NCBI GenBank assembly: GCA_902782445.1
Contig: CACZNC010000001.1
Span: 9,939 to 73,938, forward strand
Length of the DNA stretch: 64,000 nucleotides
From: an uncultured Ruminococcus sp.
Lineage (GTDB): Bacteria > Bacillota > Clostridia > Oscillospirales > CAG-272
Reading direction: 5' to 3'
Shown: positions 19,237 to 28,787 of the stretch, in pieces
Numbering within the stretch: position 1 is the first letter of the stretch
Layout: the number at the start of each line of letters is the position of its first letter
Position numbers and translations under genes: made by a program
Notes under the pieces: model-generated
What the model was told of the DNA's origin: nothing
Database searches by the model: none
The model's input: only the letters and a program-made list of their open reading frames with translations

Positions 19237-20694
19237 ATGAAGAACAAAGCGGATATCGGCATGATCGGAATGGCGGTCATGGGCGAGAATCTTTCGATGA
19301 ACATGGAGCGGCACGGCTACACCGTCGCGGTCTACGATATCTGGGACGGCGTGGTGGACAAGTTCATGAACGGCCGCGGGAAAGGGAAGAACTTCATCCC
19401 GGCGGATTCCTTCGAGGACCTTGTGAAAAAGCTCGAGACCCCGCGGATCGTGATGATGATGATCCGTGCGGGCGCCCCGGTGGACGAGACCATCGGAAAG
19501 CTCCTGCCCCTTCTGTCTCCCGGCGACATCATCATCGACGGCGGCAACTCCCATTTCCCGGACACCGACCGGCGGTGCAAACTCGTCGAGGAGCACGGGA
19601 TGCTCTACATCGGCACCGGCGTTTCGGGCGGAGCGGAAGGCGCGTTCATCGGCCCCTCGATGATGCCCGGCGGATCTCCCGAGGCGTGGCCGCGCGTGAA
19701 GCCGATCTTACAGGATATCTGCGCGAAGGTCGCGGACGGATCCCCCTGCTGCGACTGGGTCGGCGAGGGCGGCGCGGGCCATTTTGTGAAGATGGTCCAC
19801 AACGGCATCGAATACGGCGACATGCAGCTGATCTGCGAGGCCTACCAGCTCATGCGGGACTATCTCGGCATGACGGCGGACGAAATGCACGAGGTCTTCG
19901 CCGAATGGAACAAAGGGGTGCTCGACTCCTATCTCATCGGCATCACCGCGGATATCCTCACCCGGAAGGACGAGGACGGAGAACCCCTGCTCGAAAAGAT
20001 CCTCGACACCGCGGGCCAGAAGGGGACCGGCAAGTGGACCGCCATCTCCGCCCTGGACGAAGGGATCCCGCTGACCCTGATCGGGGAGGCTGTCTTCGCG
20101 CGGTGCCTCTCCGCCGTGAAGGAAGAGCGGGTCGCGGCGTCGAAGGTCCTCTCGGGTCCCTCCGAAAAGTTCGCGGGCGACAGGGCGGCCTTCCTCGAAG
20201 ATCTGAAAAACGCGCTCTACGCATCGAAGATCGTCTCTTACGCCCAGGGATATTCCCTCATGCGTCAGGCCGCGGCATCCTATGGCTGGAACCTCAATTA
20301 CGGCGGGATCGCGCTGATATGGCGGGGCGGCTGCATCATCCGCTCGGTCTTCCTCGGGAAAATCAAGGAGGCCTTCGACAGCGATCCCGGGATCACCAAC
20401 CTCATGCTCGCCCCCTATTTCCGGGACGCGCTGATGAACGCCCAGGCGGGTTGGCGCAGGATCGCTGCGGCCGGTATCCTTTCCGGTGTCCCGATGCCTG
20501 CCATGACCTCAGCGCTGGCCTATTTCGACGGCTACCGGACCGAGCGTCTCCCGGCGAACCTCCTTCAGGCCCAGCGGGATTATTTCGGCGCCCACACCTA
20601 CGAGCGCACCGACGCCCCGCGGGGGACCTTCTTCCACACAGACTGGAATAACGGCGAGGTCGGCGACACGGCTTCGACGCAGTACAACGCTTAA
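19237..20694 (+). CDS. gnd: 6-phosphogluconate dehydrogenase, decarboxylating
   Basis: MKNKADIGMIGMAVMGENL N-terminus, GAGHFVKMVHNGIEYGDMQ signature. Confidence 0.95.
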   Translation: MKNKADIGMIGMAVMGENLSMNMERHGYTVAVYDIWDGVVDKFMNGRGKGKNFIPADSFEDLVKKLETPRIVMMMIRAGAPVDETIGKLLPLLSPGDIIIDGGNSHFPDTDRRCKLVEEHGMLYIGTGVSGGAEGAFIGPSMMPGGSPEAWPRVKPILQDICAKVADGSPCCDWVGEGGAGHFVKMVHNGIEYGDMQLICEAYQLMRDYLGMTADEMHEVFAEWNKGVLDSYLIGITADILTRKDEDGEPLLEKILDTAGQKGTGKWTAISALDEGIPLTLIGEAVFARCLSAVKEERVAASKVLSGPSEKFAGDRAAFLEDLKNALYASKIVSYAQGYSLMRQAAASYGWNLNYGGIALIWRGGCIIRSVFLGKIKEAFDSDPGITNLMLAPYFRDALMNAQAGWRRIAAAGILSGVPMPAMTSALAYFDGYRTERLPANLLQAQRDYFGAHTYERTDAPRGTFFHTDWNNGEVGDTASTQYNA

Positions 20695-20714
20695 GCGGGA
20701 AAAGGAGAAACAAG

Positions 20715-21788
20715 ATGACATTCAGGGATAACTGCAAATACGCGATCGTCGTTCCCACCTCGATGGGAGTCCGGATCTGCCCGATGAACGGACAGCCGGT
20801 CCAGTCCTCCGACACCTTCTTCATGCACGCCACCAGCGCGGAGTCCAACGTCGTGTCGATCGCGGCCTTTCTCGGCATGAGGACCAAGGTCCTGACCACC
20901 TTCGTGAAAGGGAGCCCCATCGCGGACTTCATCAAGCGGAACCTCCGCTCCCGGGGCATCGAATACGAGGGGGCGGAAGTCGAGCAGGGGGGACCCTGGG
21001 GCTACCGCCATCAGTTCAACATCGGCGACAGCGGATACGGATCCCGGGGACCGAGAGTCGCCAACGACCGGGCGGGAGAAGTCGGCCGGACGCTGAACGT
21101 GAAGGATTTCGACGTCGACCGGATCTTTGGCGAGGAGGGCGTGCAGATTCTGCATCTCTCCGGGCTGATCGCCGCGCTGTCTCCCGAGACCTCCGCCTTC
21201 TGCCTTGCCCTCGCGAGAGCCGCGAAGAAGTACGGGACCCGCGTCTCCTTCGACCTCAACTACCGCGCCTCCTTCTGGAAGAACCGGGAGGAAGAGCTCC
21301 GCGCCGCGTTCACTGAAATCGCCTCCGCCGCCGACATTCTCGTGGGCAACGAGGAGGATTTCCAGCTGGCTCTCGGAATCGAAGGACCGGAGGCCGGCGG
21401 CAGGGATCTCGCCTCCAAGATCGACAGCTTCAAGGGCATGATCGGGTGCGTCAGGGAGAAATTCCCGAACGCCGAGGTCTTCGCCACCACCCTGCGGCAG
21501 GTCGTGAACGTCAACGAGCATATCTGGGGCGCGATCACCCTGTGCGGGAACGAATGGCACATCGCCGAGCCCCGTCCGATCCACGTCCTCGACCGCATCG
21601 GCGGAGGAGACGGATTCGTGGGCGGCCTGCTTTACGCCATGCTGAAGGGCTGGGAGCCGGAAAAGTGGGTGCAGTTCGGCTGGGCCACCGGCGCCCTCGC
21701 CACCACCTTCCTCACCGACTACGCGCAGCCCGCGGACGAGGAACAGGTCTGGGCCGTGTGGGGCGGAAACGCGAGAGTGAAGAGATAA
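20715..21788 (+). CDS. PfkB-family sugar/sugar-acid kinase (KdgK-like)
   Basis: 357 aa. C-terminal DRIGGGDGFVGGLL motif of ribokinase/PfkB kinases. Confidence 0.85.
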   Translation: MTFRDNCKYAIVVPTSMGVRICPMNGQPVQSSDTFFMHATSAESNVVSIAAFLGMRTKVLTTFVKGSPIADFIKRNLRSRGIEYEGAEVEQGGPWGYRHQFNIGDSGYGSRGPRVANDRAGEVGRTLNVKDFDVDRIFGEEGVQILHLSGLIAALSPETSAFCLALARAAKKYGTRVSFDLNYRASFWKNREEELRAAFTEIASAADILVGNEEDFQLALGIEGPEAGGRDLASKIDSFKGMIGCVREKFPNAEVFATTLRQVVNVNEHIWGAITLCGNEWHIAEPRPIHVLDRIGGGDGFVGGLLYAMLKGWEPEKWVQFGWATGALATTFLTDYAQPADEEQVWAVWGGNARVKR

Positions 21789-21816
21789 ACCGCCGGCGGA
21801 GAAGGGAAGGATCGCT

Positions 21817-22719
21817 ATGAACGAGAACCTGAACTGGCTGAAAGATCCCGTGAACGGGGACGGCCCCGCGGAATTTGCGGAAAAGATCGGGCTCCCCGAT
21901 GAATACCTCGCCGCCGCCCTGCCCCTCGTCGAACGGATCGCCCCGCTGCTTCCGGCGGAAAAGGAAGCCTTCTCGGAGGACCTCTGGCGGAAGGACAAAA
22001 CCCGCGAGCTCGGCGAGAAGATCCGGGAAGAGGCCGATCTCTCCATGCTCGCCGCCGGGATCCTGTTCGGGATGCGGGCACATCTTCTTTACCGGGAACG
22101 GGGGATCGCCGACGAAGTGTATTATCCCTCCATGCGGGAGCTGACCGTCTGGTCGAAGACCTGCATGCGGGAGCGGGGCCACATCGGATTTTACGAATGG
22201 GGCTGGTTTGTCAATTTCCTCGACGCCTCCATCGTGCGGCTCGGGCGGCTGGAGTTCCACGAAGTCCCCTTCCACGAAGGATTGGAGTGGGAGAAGAACG
22301 GCGTGAAGGTCAAAGGCGGGGATAAGGTCATCAACATCCACATCCCGGAGGACGGCCCCCTCGATCCCGCGCTGGTCGAAGACGCCTTCCGCCGCGCGTA
22401 CCGCTATTTCGGGCGGACGGGGAACGCGGTGTTCGTCTGCGATTCGTGGCTGCTCTGGCCCGGGAACTACGGTTTCCTCGGACCGGACTCCCGCATCCGG
22501 GCGTTCATGGACAATTTCGACCTGATCGACCGGGAGGACCGGAAGAACGCCGGGGATCTCTGGCGGGTCTTCGGACACCGGGAGAATTACGATCCGGCAA
22601 ATCTTCCCCGGGACACGGAACTGAGGAGAAGAATGGCCGAACACCTCGAAAAGAGCGGCGGCGTGACGGGGACGGGCTACGGCGTGTTCCTCTTCGACGG
22701 GGAGAAGGTGGTCCGGTAA
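21817..22719 (+). CDS. Hypothetical protein with acyltransferase-like (GNAT-like C-terminal) region
   Basis: 300 aa with coding-like composition. CDSWLLWP segment recalled from acyltransferase-domain proteins. Weak assignment. Confidence 0.5.
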   Translation: MNENLNWLKDPVNGDGPAEFAEKIGLPDEYLAAALPLVERIAPLLPAEKEAFSEDLWRKDKTRELGEKIREEADLSMLAAGILFGMRAHLLYRERGIADEVYYPSMRELTVWSKTCMRERGHIGFYEWGWFVNFLDASIVRLGRLEFHEVPFHEGLEWEKNGVKVKGGDKVINIHIPEDGPLDPALVEDAFRRAYRYFGRTGNAVFVCDSWLLWPGNYGFLGPDSRIRAFMDNFDLIDREDRKNAGDLWRVFGHRENYDPANLPRDTELRRRMAEHLEKSGGVTGTGYGVFLFDGEKVVR

Positions 22720-23679
22720 ATGAAGATCGTGATTACGGACGGCTTCGCGGTCAATCCCGGGGATCTCTGCTGGGACTGGCTCGCCGCTTTCGGGGACCTG
22801 ACGGTATACGACAAGCTCACGGACGGGGACGCCCCGGAGAAGATCGGGGACGCGGACGCCGTGTTCACCAACCGGGTGAAGATCGGACAAGCCGTCCTCG
22901 ACGCCTGCCCGAACCTGAAATATGTCTCCGCGCTGGGGACGGGCTACGACATGATCGACGTTCCCGCCTGCCGCGCAAGGGGAGTGGAGGTCTGCAACGT
23001 CCCCGGCTATTCCACCGATTCCGTCGCCCAGACCGCCTTTTCCCTCCTGCTCGCCTGCGCCTTCGATCTCGCTTCCTACGCGAAGATGGTGCGGGACGGG
23101 AACTGGACGGGCATCCCCGGCTTCCACTACGAGCGCGCCAGGTTCACCGAACTCGCGGGAAAGACCGCCGGGATCTACGGCTGCGGCGCGATCGGCACGA
23201 AGATGGCGCGGATCTGTCAGGCGTTCGGCATGAGGGTTCTTGCCACCCGCCGCTCGAAAACGGAGGGCGAGGAGGACGGGATCCGCTTCACCGACCCGGA
23301 CACTCTTCTCCGGGAGAGCGATTTCGTCTCCTTCCACTGCCCCCTCACCGACGGGACCCGGGGCATGGTGAACGCGGAATTCCTCTCGAAAATGAAGGAC
23401 GGCGCGGTGATCGTCAACACCTCCCGCGGGGCCGTGCTGAACGAGGCCGACGTGGCCGAAGCCCTGAGATCCGGCAAGCTCTCCGGCGCGGGGCTGGACG
23501 TTCTGGCGAAGGAACCGGCGGACCCGGCAAATCCCCTGCTCACCGCCCCGAACTGCGTCATCACTCCCCACTGCGCGTGGACCTCGAAGGAAGCGCGGCT
23601 CCGTCTGATGGACATTCTCGAAAAGAATCTGCGCTCCTTTGCCGAAACGGGCAGAGGGATCAACCGCGTCGGGGTCTGA
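22720..23679 (+). CDS. D-isomer-specific 2-hydroxyacid dehydrogenase (glycerate dehydrogenase-like)
   Basis: GIYGCGAIGTKMARI NAD-binding fold. Catalytic-region motifs TSRG and TPHCAW. Confidence 0.9.
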   Translation: MKIVITDGFAVNPGDLCWDWLAAFGDLTVYDKLTDGDAPEKIGDADAVFTNRVKIGQAVLDACPNLKYVSALGTGYDMIDVPACRARGVEVCNVPGYSTDSVAQTAFSLLLACAFDLASYAKMVRDGNWTGIPGFHYERARFTELAGKTAGIYGCGAIGTKMARICQAFGMRVLATRRSKTEGEEDGIRFTDPDTLLRESDFVSFHCPLTDGTRGMVNAEFLSKMKDGAVIVNTSRGAVLNEADVAEALRSGKLSGAGLDVLAKEPADPANPLLTAPNCVITPHCAWTSKEARLRLMDILEKNLRSFAETGRGINRVGV

Positions 23680-23710
23680 CAGGTATTTACCATTCTCTCG
23701 AAATAAAAAC

Positions 23711-23751
23711 AAGGACTTCCCGGAATTTCCGTTCCGCAGGAAGTCCTTTTT
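23711..23751. terminator. Bidirectional terminator
   Basis: Perfect 10-bp stem AAGGACTTCC/GGAAGTCCTT, T-run after and A-run before. Lies between convergent genes. Confidence 0.65.
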
Positions 23752-23757
23752 CCGTCT

Positions 23758-24729
23758 TTACAGTCCCTTTATGCAGACGCGCACATACCCGGTCCGTTTG
23801 AGCCGGATCCCGATCTCCCGGCACCGGAGGGCGAATCCGCTGTCGTCCCGGTCGGTGGAGCGGACGTCGACGATCTCGCTCTCGATCTTCCGAAACCCCG
23901 CACTCACCGTCTCGGCGTAGAGATCCCGGAAGGCGTCGGGGTATTCGGCTTCGAGAAGTTCGCGGATCCCGGGCGGGATTTTTTCCTCCGCGCCGACGAA
24001 GAAATTGAAGGTGACGAGCATCCCACCCGGTTTGAGGACCCGGTATGCCTCCGCGAGAGCCCGATCCCGGTCCCCGACGGCGTTCGCGATCCCGCCGCAG
24101 TCCGAAACGGTGTCGAAGGACGCGTCCGGGAAGGGCAGGGAGGTGAAGTCGCAGACGGCATATCCGAGATTCGGGGAGTCGGACTCCGCGTCGAGGACCC
24201 GCTTCCACTCCCGCACCACGCCGGGGACGAGATCCGTGACGATCACCGCCGCGTTCGGATCCGCCCGGAGAATAAACGGCATGAACCCTCCCCCCGGACC
24301 CGCCCCGATCTCGAGGATCCGTCCTCCCGCCTCCGCGATCCGGCGTCCGATCTCACGGAAGGGGTGATCCGCACGGGCAGACCTGCGCCAGCTTTCCGCC
24401 ATGACGCCGCCCCGGACCAGCATGTCCGAAAAGGAATCGTATTCCGAGAGATCCCGCCCCGCGAGGAAATCATACACGCCGCCCGACGGGGAAATGCCGA
24501 GCCCCATCTCCGCGATCGGATCCCCGCCTTCCAGGAGCGCGTTCACCGACGTCCCGAAAAGGCGGGAGAGGGCAAGCAGGAGCTCGATGTCCGGCAGCCC
24601 GGAACCTCTCTCCCATTTGCTCACCGCCTGTGACGTCACCCCGAGCCGTTCGGCCAGCGCGGTCTGCGAGATCCCGAGCTTCCGGCGCCTCTGCCCGATC
24701 CTCTTCCCGACCCGAATTCTGTCGATCAT
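23758..24729 (-). CDS. XRE-type HTH domain fused to a class I SAM-dependent methyltransferase
   Basis: N-terminal RRRKLGISQTALAERLGVTSQAVSKWERG. Central ILEIGAGPGGG SAM motif and VLKPGGMLV. Confidence 0.85.
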   Translation of the reverse strand: MIDRIRVGKRIGQRRRKLGISQTALAERLGVTSQAVSKWERGSGLPDIELLLALSRLFGTSVNALLEGGDPIAEMGLGISPSGGVYDFLAGRDLSEYDSFSDMLVRGGVMAESWRRSARADHPFREIGRRIAEAGGRILEIGAGPGGGFMPFILRADPNAAVIVTDLVPGVVREWKRVLDAESDSPNLGYAVCDFTSLPFPDASFDTVSDCGGIANAVGDRDRALAEAYRVLKPGGMLVTFNFFVGAEEKIPPGIRELLEAEYPDAFRDLYAETVSAGFRKIESEIVDVRSTDRDDSGFALRCREIGIRLKRTGYVRVCIKGL

Positions 24730-24866
24730 GATCCCGTCCTCCGTTTCTTTGTGCCGCTCTCATTATACCACGCCGACGGACAGCCCGCAAGCGACGCTTC
24801 GGGGGATTTTCCGGGGACGGTGCAACGGAGCGTTGGAATTATACATTTTATTTCCTTCGAAAACTC

Positions 24867-24895
24867 TTGACAATCAGACAATAAAGGTTTATAAT
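24867..24895 (+). promoter_or_regulatory. Sigma-A type promoter
   Basis: TTGACA-17 nt-TATAAT, 36 nt upstream of the TTG start at 24931. Confidence 0.6.
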
Positions 24896-24930
24896 AACCA
24901 TGACGAAATTGACAAAGGGACTGTAAAGCA

Positions 24931-27324
24931 TTGAGAAACCTCGGAAAAATCAGACGCGGGGCGGCTCTGTTCTGCGCGCTCCTTCTCCTCGCCGGATGCC
25001 GGGGCGCGGGAAAAATCGGGGCCGGGAACGATGCCCGTGAGGACGGAGGTCCCCTTTCGGCGGCAAAATCGGAGGGGGTGCTCGAAAACGTCTGGGAGGG
25101 TACGGAATACGAAATTCCGAAAGATATGACCCCGATCTCCCGCACCGAGCCGCATTTCAATCCCGCGACCGGCGTCCTCACCTTTCTCGCCCGGACCTCC
25201 TTCACCGACGAGGAGGGGAACCGCCGGAACGAATACGCCGTCGTGACCCACACCGGGAAATCCTATTCTTTGGACCTGCTCGATCTGACGGAGGATCAGG
25301 CGGCTTCGGAATCCGTGAACATCGACTACGGCGTCTTCACCCCGGAGACCTTCTGGTACGTGATCGGGCGGTACAACGGCGGGGACGTCAAAAGGTTCCT
25401 CGGGAAGCGGGATCTGGAGACCGGAGAGGAGGAGCGGTGGGAGCTCGGTCCCTTTTTCCACGGCGGGGACGGGATCCTCGAGGACATGACCGCCGACGCG
25501 GAGGGGGATATCTGGATCCGCTCGGCCAGCAAAGTCGTCGCTCTGCACCCGGACGGGACGGAGTTCCTTTCGATCCCCTTCGAGGAGCAGAACGGACAGG
25601 TCCTCCCGTTCCCCGACGGCTCCGTGCGGATCACCCTCGAAACGCCCGCGGGCCGCGTTCTTGCCCGGATCGACAAAAACACGGGGGAGAAGAGCGAAGA
25701 ACTCCCCCTGCACGACCGGCATTACGATCTCGCATATAAAGAGGGCTATGATTACGTCTTCGCGGCCTCCGGCGGGGTGTTCGGCGCGAAGATCGACGCG
25801 AAGAAGGAGATCGTCTCGGAATGCCTGATGGACTTCGTCAATTCGGGGGTCAACCCGGACAGCGTCACGCTCTGGGGACCGGCCGGAGAGGACTGGATCC
25901 TCTTCTATGAGACCGACGGAGAGTATTTTACCCCGGAATATTACGCCCGTCCCGTTCTGTACCGTCCTGCCGGCGAGACTTTCATCGCGGACGTGACCGT
26001 GCTGGAAGTGGCGTACACCTCCGCGCTCTGGGACAGGGTGGTGCCCGACGCCATCGCGCAGTTCAACAAGACCCATAAGGACGCGCGGATCGTGACCCTC
26101 GATTACAGCGTCTATTCGAAGGAATACGGCGACACGACGGCGGCGGATCGGCTGACGATGGACATGGTGACGGGGCTCTGCGCGCCGGATATCATCCTCG
26201 GCAGGCCGGGGGAGGACGCGCAGATCGAACAGCTTCTGCGCAAACACCTCTACGTCGATCTCGGCCCGTATCTCGACAAAGATCCAGAGGTCAACCGCGA
26301 GACCCTCCTCGGGGGCGTGCTGAGAGCGTTCAGCGACGAACACGGTGAGGTCTGGGGCCTGCCGAACCACATCTCCTTCGATTCCCTGGTCGCCAACCGC
26401 AGAGTGCTCGACAAATACGGCATGAAGGGAAAGGACTCATGGACCCTCGGGGAATTCCTCGATTTCGCCGACGCGCTCCCGCCGGACATCGTTCTGATCG
26501 GAGGGCTCACGCAGGAGAAGGCGATGAGCTTGCGGTACGGCATTCTCGGGAACTTCGGCCTCGACGCCTTTTTCGACGAGGCGGCGGGGAAGTGCGCGTT
26601 CGACGATCCCCTCTTCGTGCGCTGGCTCAAATTCGTCTCCTCTCTCCCGAAGGACGAAAGCGAACTGAAGAAGCGCTCCCCCTTCGACGCAGAGAAAGAT
26701 TCCTCCAAATACGACTGGCTGATGACGGACCGCGTCGCGCTCGCCCGCATGTACGGGTACGATGCGACGGACTGCGTCCGGTTCGAAAGCACGTTCGGCA
26801 CGAAGGACTGGGTCCTCGTCGGCTATCCTTCCGCGGAGGGAAGCGGCACGGAGATCTCGTCCACCATCGCCTGCTGCGTCACGACCTTCTGCCCGGATCC
26901 CGACGCCGCCTGGGATTTTGTGAGAACGGTGGTCCTCTCGAAAAAACAGACGACGTCCTTCTCACCGAATCTCTCGGCTCTCAGAGACGGTACCGAAAGC
27001 GCGATGAAAACCTCGCTGAACAGGGACTATGTCCAGTATTTCAACGGCGAGATCGAGTCGAACTCTCCGAAGAAGGATCCGCCGCTCACGAAGGAGGATC
27101 TCAGAAAGCCCGGGTATATCATCGATTTCACAAAGGAGGACGCGGACCGGATCCTCGCGGAGCTCGACCGGGCGGGGAAACCCATCACGAAAATGATTCC
27201 CGCGGCGGTTCAGGAAATCGTCGCCGAGGAGATCTCGACCTATCTCGGCGGCCTCGGATCCGCGGAAGACTGCGCCGGAAAGATCCAGTCCCGCGTGTCG
27301 ATCTGGCTCGCCGAGCACAGCTGA
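24931..27324 (+). CDS. Large lipoprotein with extracellular solute-binding-protein-like C-terminal half
   Basis: Lipobox LLLAGC. 797 aa. The C-terminal part resembles ABC substrate-binding family 1. TTG start. No permease genes adjacent. Confidence 0.75.
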   Translation: MRNLGKIRRGAALFCALLLLAGCRGAGKIGAGNDAREDGGPLSAAKSEGVLENVWEGTEYEIPKDMTPISRTEPHFNPATGVLTFLARTSFTDEEGNRRNEYAVVTHTGKSYSLDLLDLTEDQAASESVNIDYGVFTPETFWYVIGRYNGGDVKRFLGKRDLETGEEERWELGPFFHGGDGILEDMTADAEGDIWIRSASKVVALHPDGTEFLSIPFEEQNGQVLPFPDGSVRITLETPAGRVLARIDKNTGEKSEELPLHDRHYDLAYKEGYDYVFAASGGVFGAKIDAKKEIVSECLMDFVNSGVNPDSVTLWGPAGEDWILFYETDGEYFTPEYYARPVLYRPAGETFIADVTVLEVAYTSALWDRVVPDAIAQFNKTHKDARIVTLDYSVYSKEYGDTTAADRLTMDMVTGLCAPDIILGRPGEDAQIEQLLRKHLYVDLGPYLDKDPEVNRETLLGGVLRAFSDEHGEVWGLPNHISFDSLVANRRVLDKYGMKGKDSWTLGEFLDFADALPPDIVLIGGLTQEKAMSLRYGILGNFGLDAFFDEAAGKCAFDDPLFVRWLKFVSSLPKDESELKKRSPFDAEKDSSKYDWLMTDRVALARMYGYDATDCVRFESTFGTKDWVLVGYPSAEGSGTEISSTIACCVTTFCPDPDAAWDFVRTVVLSKKQTTSFSPNLSALRDGTESAMKTSLNRDYVQYFNGEIESNSPKKDPPLTKEDLRKPGYIIDFTKEDADRILAELDRAGKPITKMIPAAVQEIVAEEISTYLGGLGSAEDCAGKIQSRVSIWLAEHS

Positions 27325-27331
27325 AACAGAG

Positions 27332-27381
27332 AAAAAAGAACAGCCGGGATCCCGCGAAAAGGAAACCGGCTGTATTTCTGT
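27332..27381. terminator. Bidirectional terminator
   Basis: Perfect 8-bp stem ACAGCCGG/CCGGCTGT flanked by A-run and T-rich tract. Lies between convergent genes. Confidence 0.55.
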
Positions 27382-27390
27382 TGTGAAAAT

Positions 27391-27642
27391 TTACGCCCCC
27401 AGAGCCTCGTCGATGGCACGGGAGAGCTGATCCGCGCAGGAGGTGGACTTGAATCCGCAGGTGTTGCCTTTCAGGAGGGAGGCGATATCGCGGGCGTTCT
27501 TGCCTTCTACCAGCTTGCCGATGGCTTTCAGATTGCCGTTGCATCCGCCGGTGAAGGCGACGTTCGAGAGGATCCCGTCCTCGCCGATCTCGAAGTCGAT
27601 GCGGGAGGAGCAGGTGCCGCTGGTCTTGTAGGAATATTTCAT
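27391..27642 (-). CDS. TSCPD-domain small protein (TIGR03905-like)
   Basis: 83 aa. Motifs SGTCSS, FTGGCNGN, NTCG..TSCADQL. Confidence 0.85.
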   Translation of the reverse strand: MKYSYKTSGTCSSRIDFEIGEDGILSNVAFTGGCNGNLKAIGKLVEGKNARDIASLLKGNTCGFKSTSCADQLSRAIDEALGA

Positions 27643-27680
27643 GGTTTATCCTTCTTTCAGATTGCAGGTTTCGGGGAAAT

Positions 27681-28787
27681 TCAGCCTTCCGTCTCTTCGG
27701 CCGCGGGCTCTTCCGCTTCGGGGATGATATTGCCGAGGATCATGCTGTTGAGCAGGGTGACGTCGGAGGCCCCGCACTTAACCGTCAGGATCGGATAACC
27801 GGAGCCGGCCACGTGGGTGTAGGGGTTCGAGCGGTCTTCGTTGTCCACGAGGATGCGCCCGGTGGAGCGGACTTCCGTGTTGAGGTTCATGATCGGGGTG
27901 AGCATTCCGAAGCGGAGCACGCCGTTTTCGGAGGTCACCGCCAGCTCGCCCACCATTTCGAGGGCCGCGGAGTCGAAATTCAGGTTGGTCGCCTGGAGGT
28001 TCATGTAGCCGAGGGAGGATTCCTCGACCGTGATATCCGCGCGGCGAGCCGGGACTTCGGTGGAATCGCTGCCGACGTTGATGAAGGAGCTGGTGCTGGT
28101 CTTTCTGACCTTGACGGTGGAGCGGTTGGCCACGATGTTGTAGTCCGTGTCGATGTGGACGTTGTCGATGGTCACGTCGCATCCCGCGGGTCCCGTCGCC
28201 TTGACGAGGATCTTGTTTAACTTCCAGACGCCGGGCTGTTCCTCTCCGTCCCCGGTCGTCTCCGCGGCTTCCGCGTCTTCGGCGAGGGCGGCGGTGGCGG
28301 CTTTCGTCAGATAGATGTTGATCTGCTTGTCCTTTTCCTCCTCTTCGGGGCGGAAGAAGGACTTGATCTGCTCGAGGTTCAGAATATAGCGCATCCCCTT
28401 GAAGGAGAAGCCGTTTTCCCAGAACTTCAGCATGGAAGTGATGTTGCCGGTCTCGTCGAAGGAGAGCTGGGAGCTCGTGGATTTTAAGACGTAGTAGTTT
28501 TCCTTGAAGTTGATGAGCTCGATCCTGCAGGAATCGCTGTAATGCTCGGAGCCCTTTTCGTCGCAGTTGCCGAAGATGTTGACCCGTCCGCCGGAGAAGA
28601 CGATGGAGATGAGCTCGAGATTCTTCGGATCGAAGGTCTCGGTCATGACGGCGTTTCCGTCGGAGCGGTCCGCGAAGAGCTGTTCGCCGCTGGACCCGGC
28701 CATGTTCTGTGCTATGAAGCAGGTCACGAGTCCGACGATCACGAGCAGAACCGCGATAATCAGGGAAATGATGGATGTCGGTTTCAC
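27681..28787 (-). CDS. Membrane-anchored protein of unknown function (beta-rich extracellular part)
   Basis: GTG 28787 overlaps the upstream stop (CTGTGA). N-terminal TM IISLIIAVLLVIVGLVTCFI. The ORF track's longer N-terminus overlaps the upstream gene. Confidence 0.6.
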   Translation of the reverse strand: MKPTSIISLIIAVLLVIVGLVTCFIAQNMAGSSGEQLFADRSDGNAVMTETFDPKNLELISIVFSGGRVNIFGNCDEKGSEHYSDSCRIELINFKENYYVLKSTSSQLSFDETGNITSMLKFWENGFSFKGMRYILNLEQIKSFFRPEEEEKDKQINIYLTKAATAALAEDAEAAETTGDGEEQPGVWKLNKILVKATGPAGCDVTIDNVHIDTDYNIVANRSTVKVRKTSTSSFINVGSDSTEVPARRADITVEESSLGYMNLQATNLNFDSAALEMVGELAVTSENGVLRFGMLTPIMNLNTEVRSTGRILVDNEDRSNPYTHVAGSGYPILTVKCGASDVTLLNSMILGNIIPEAEEPAAEETEG

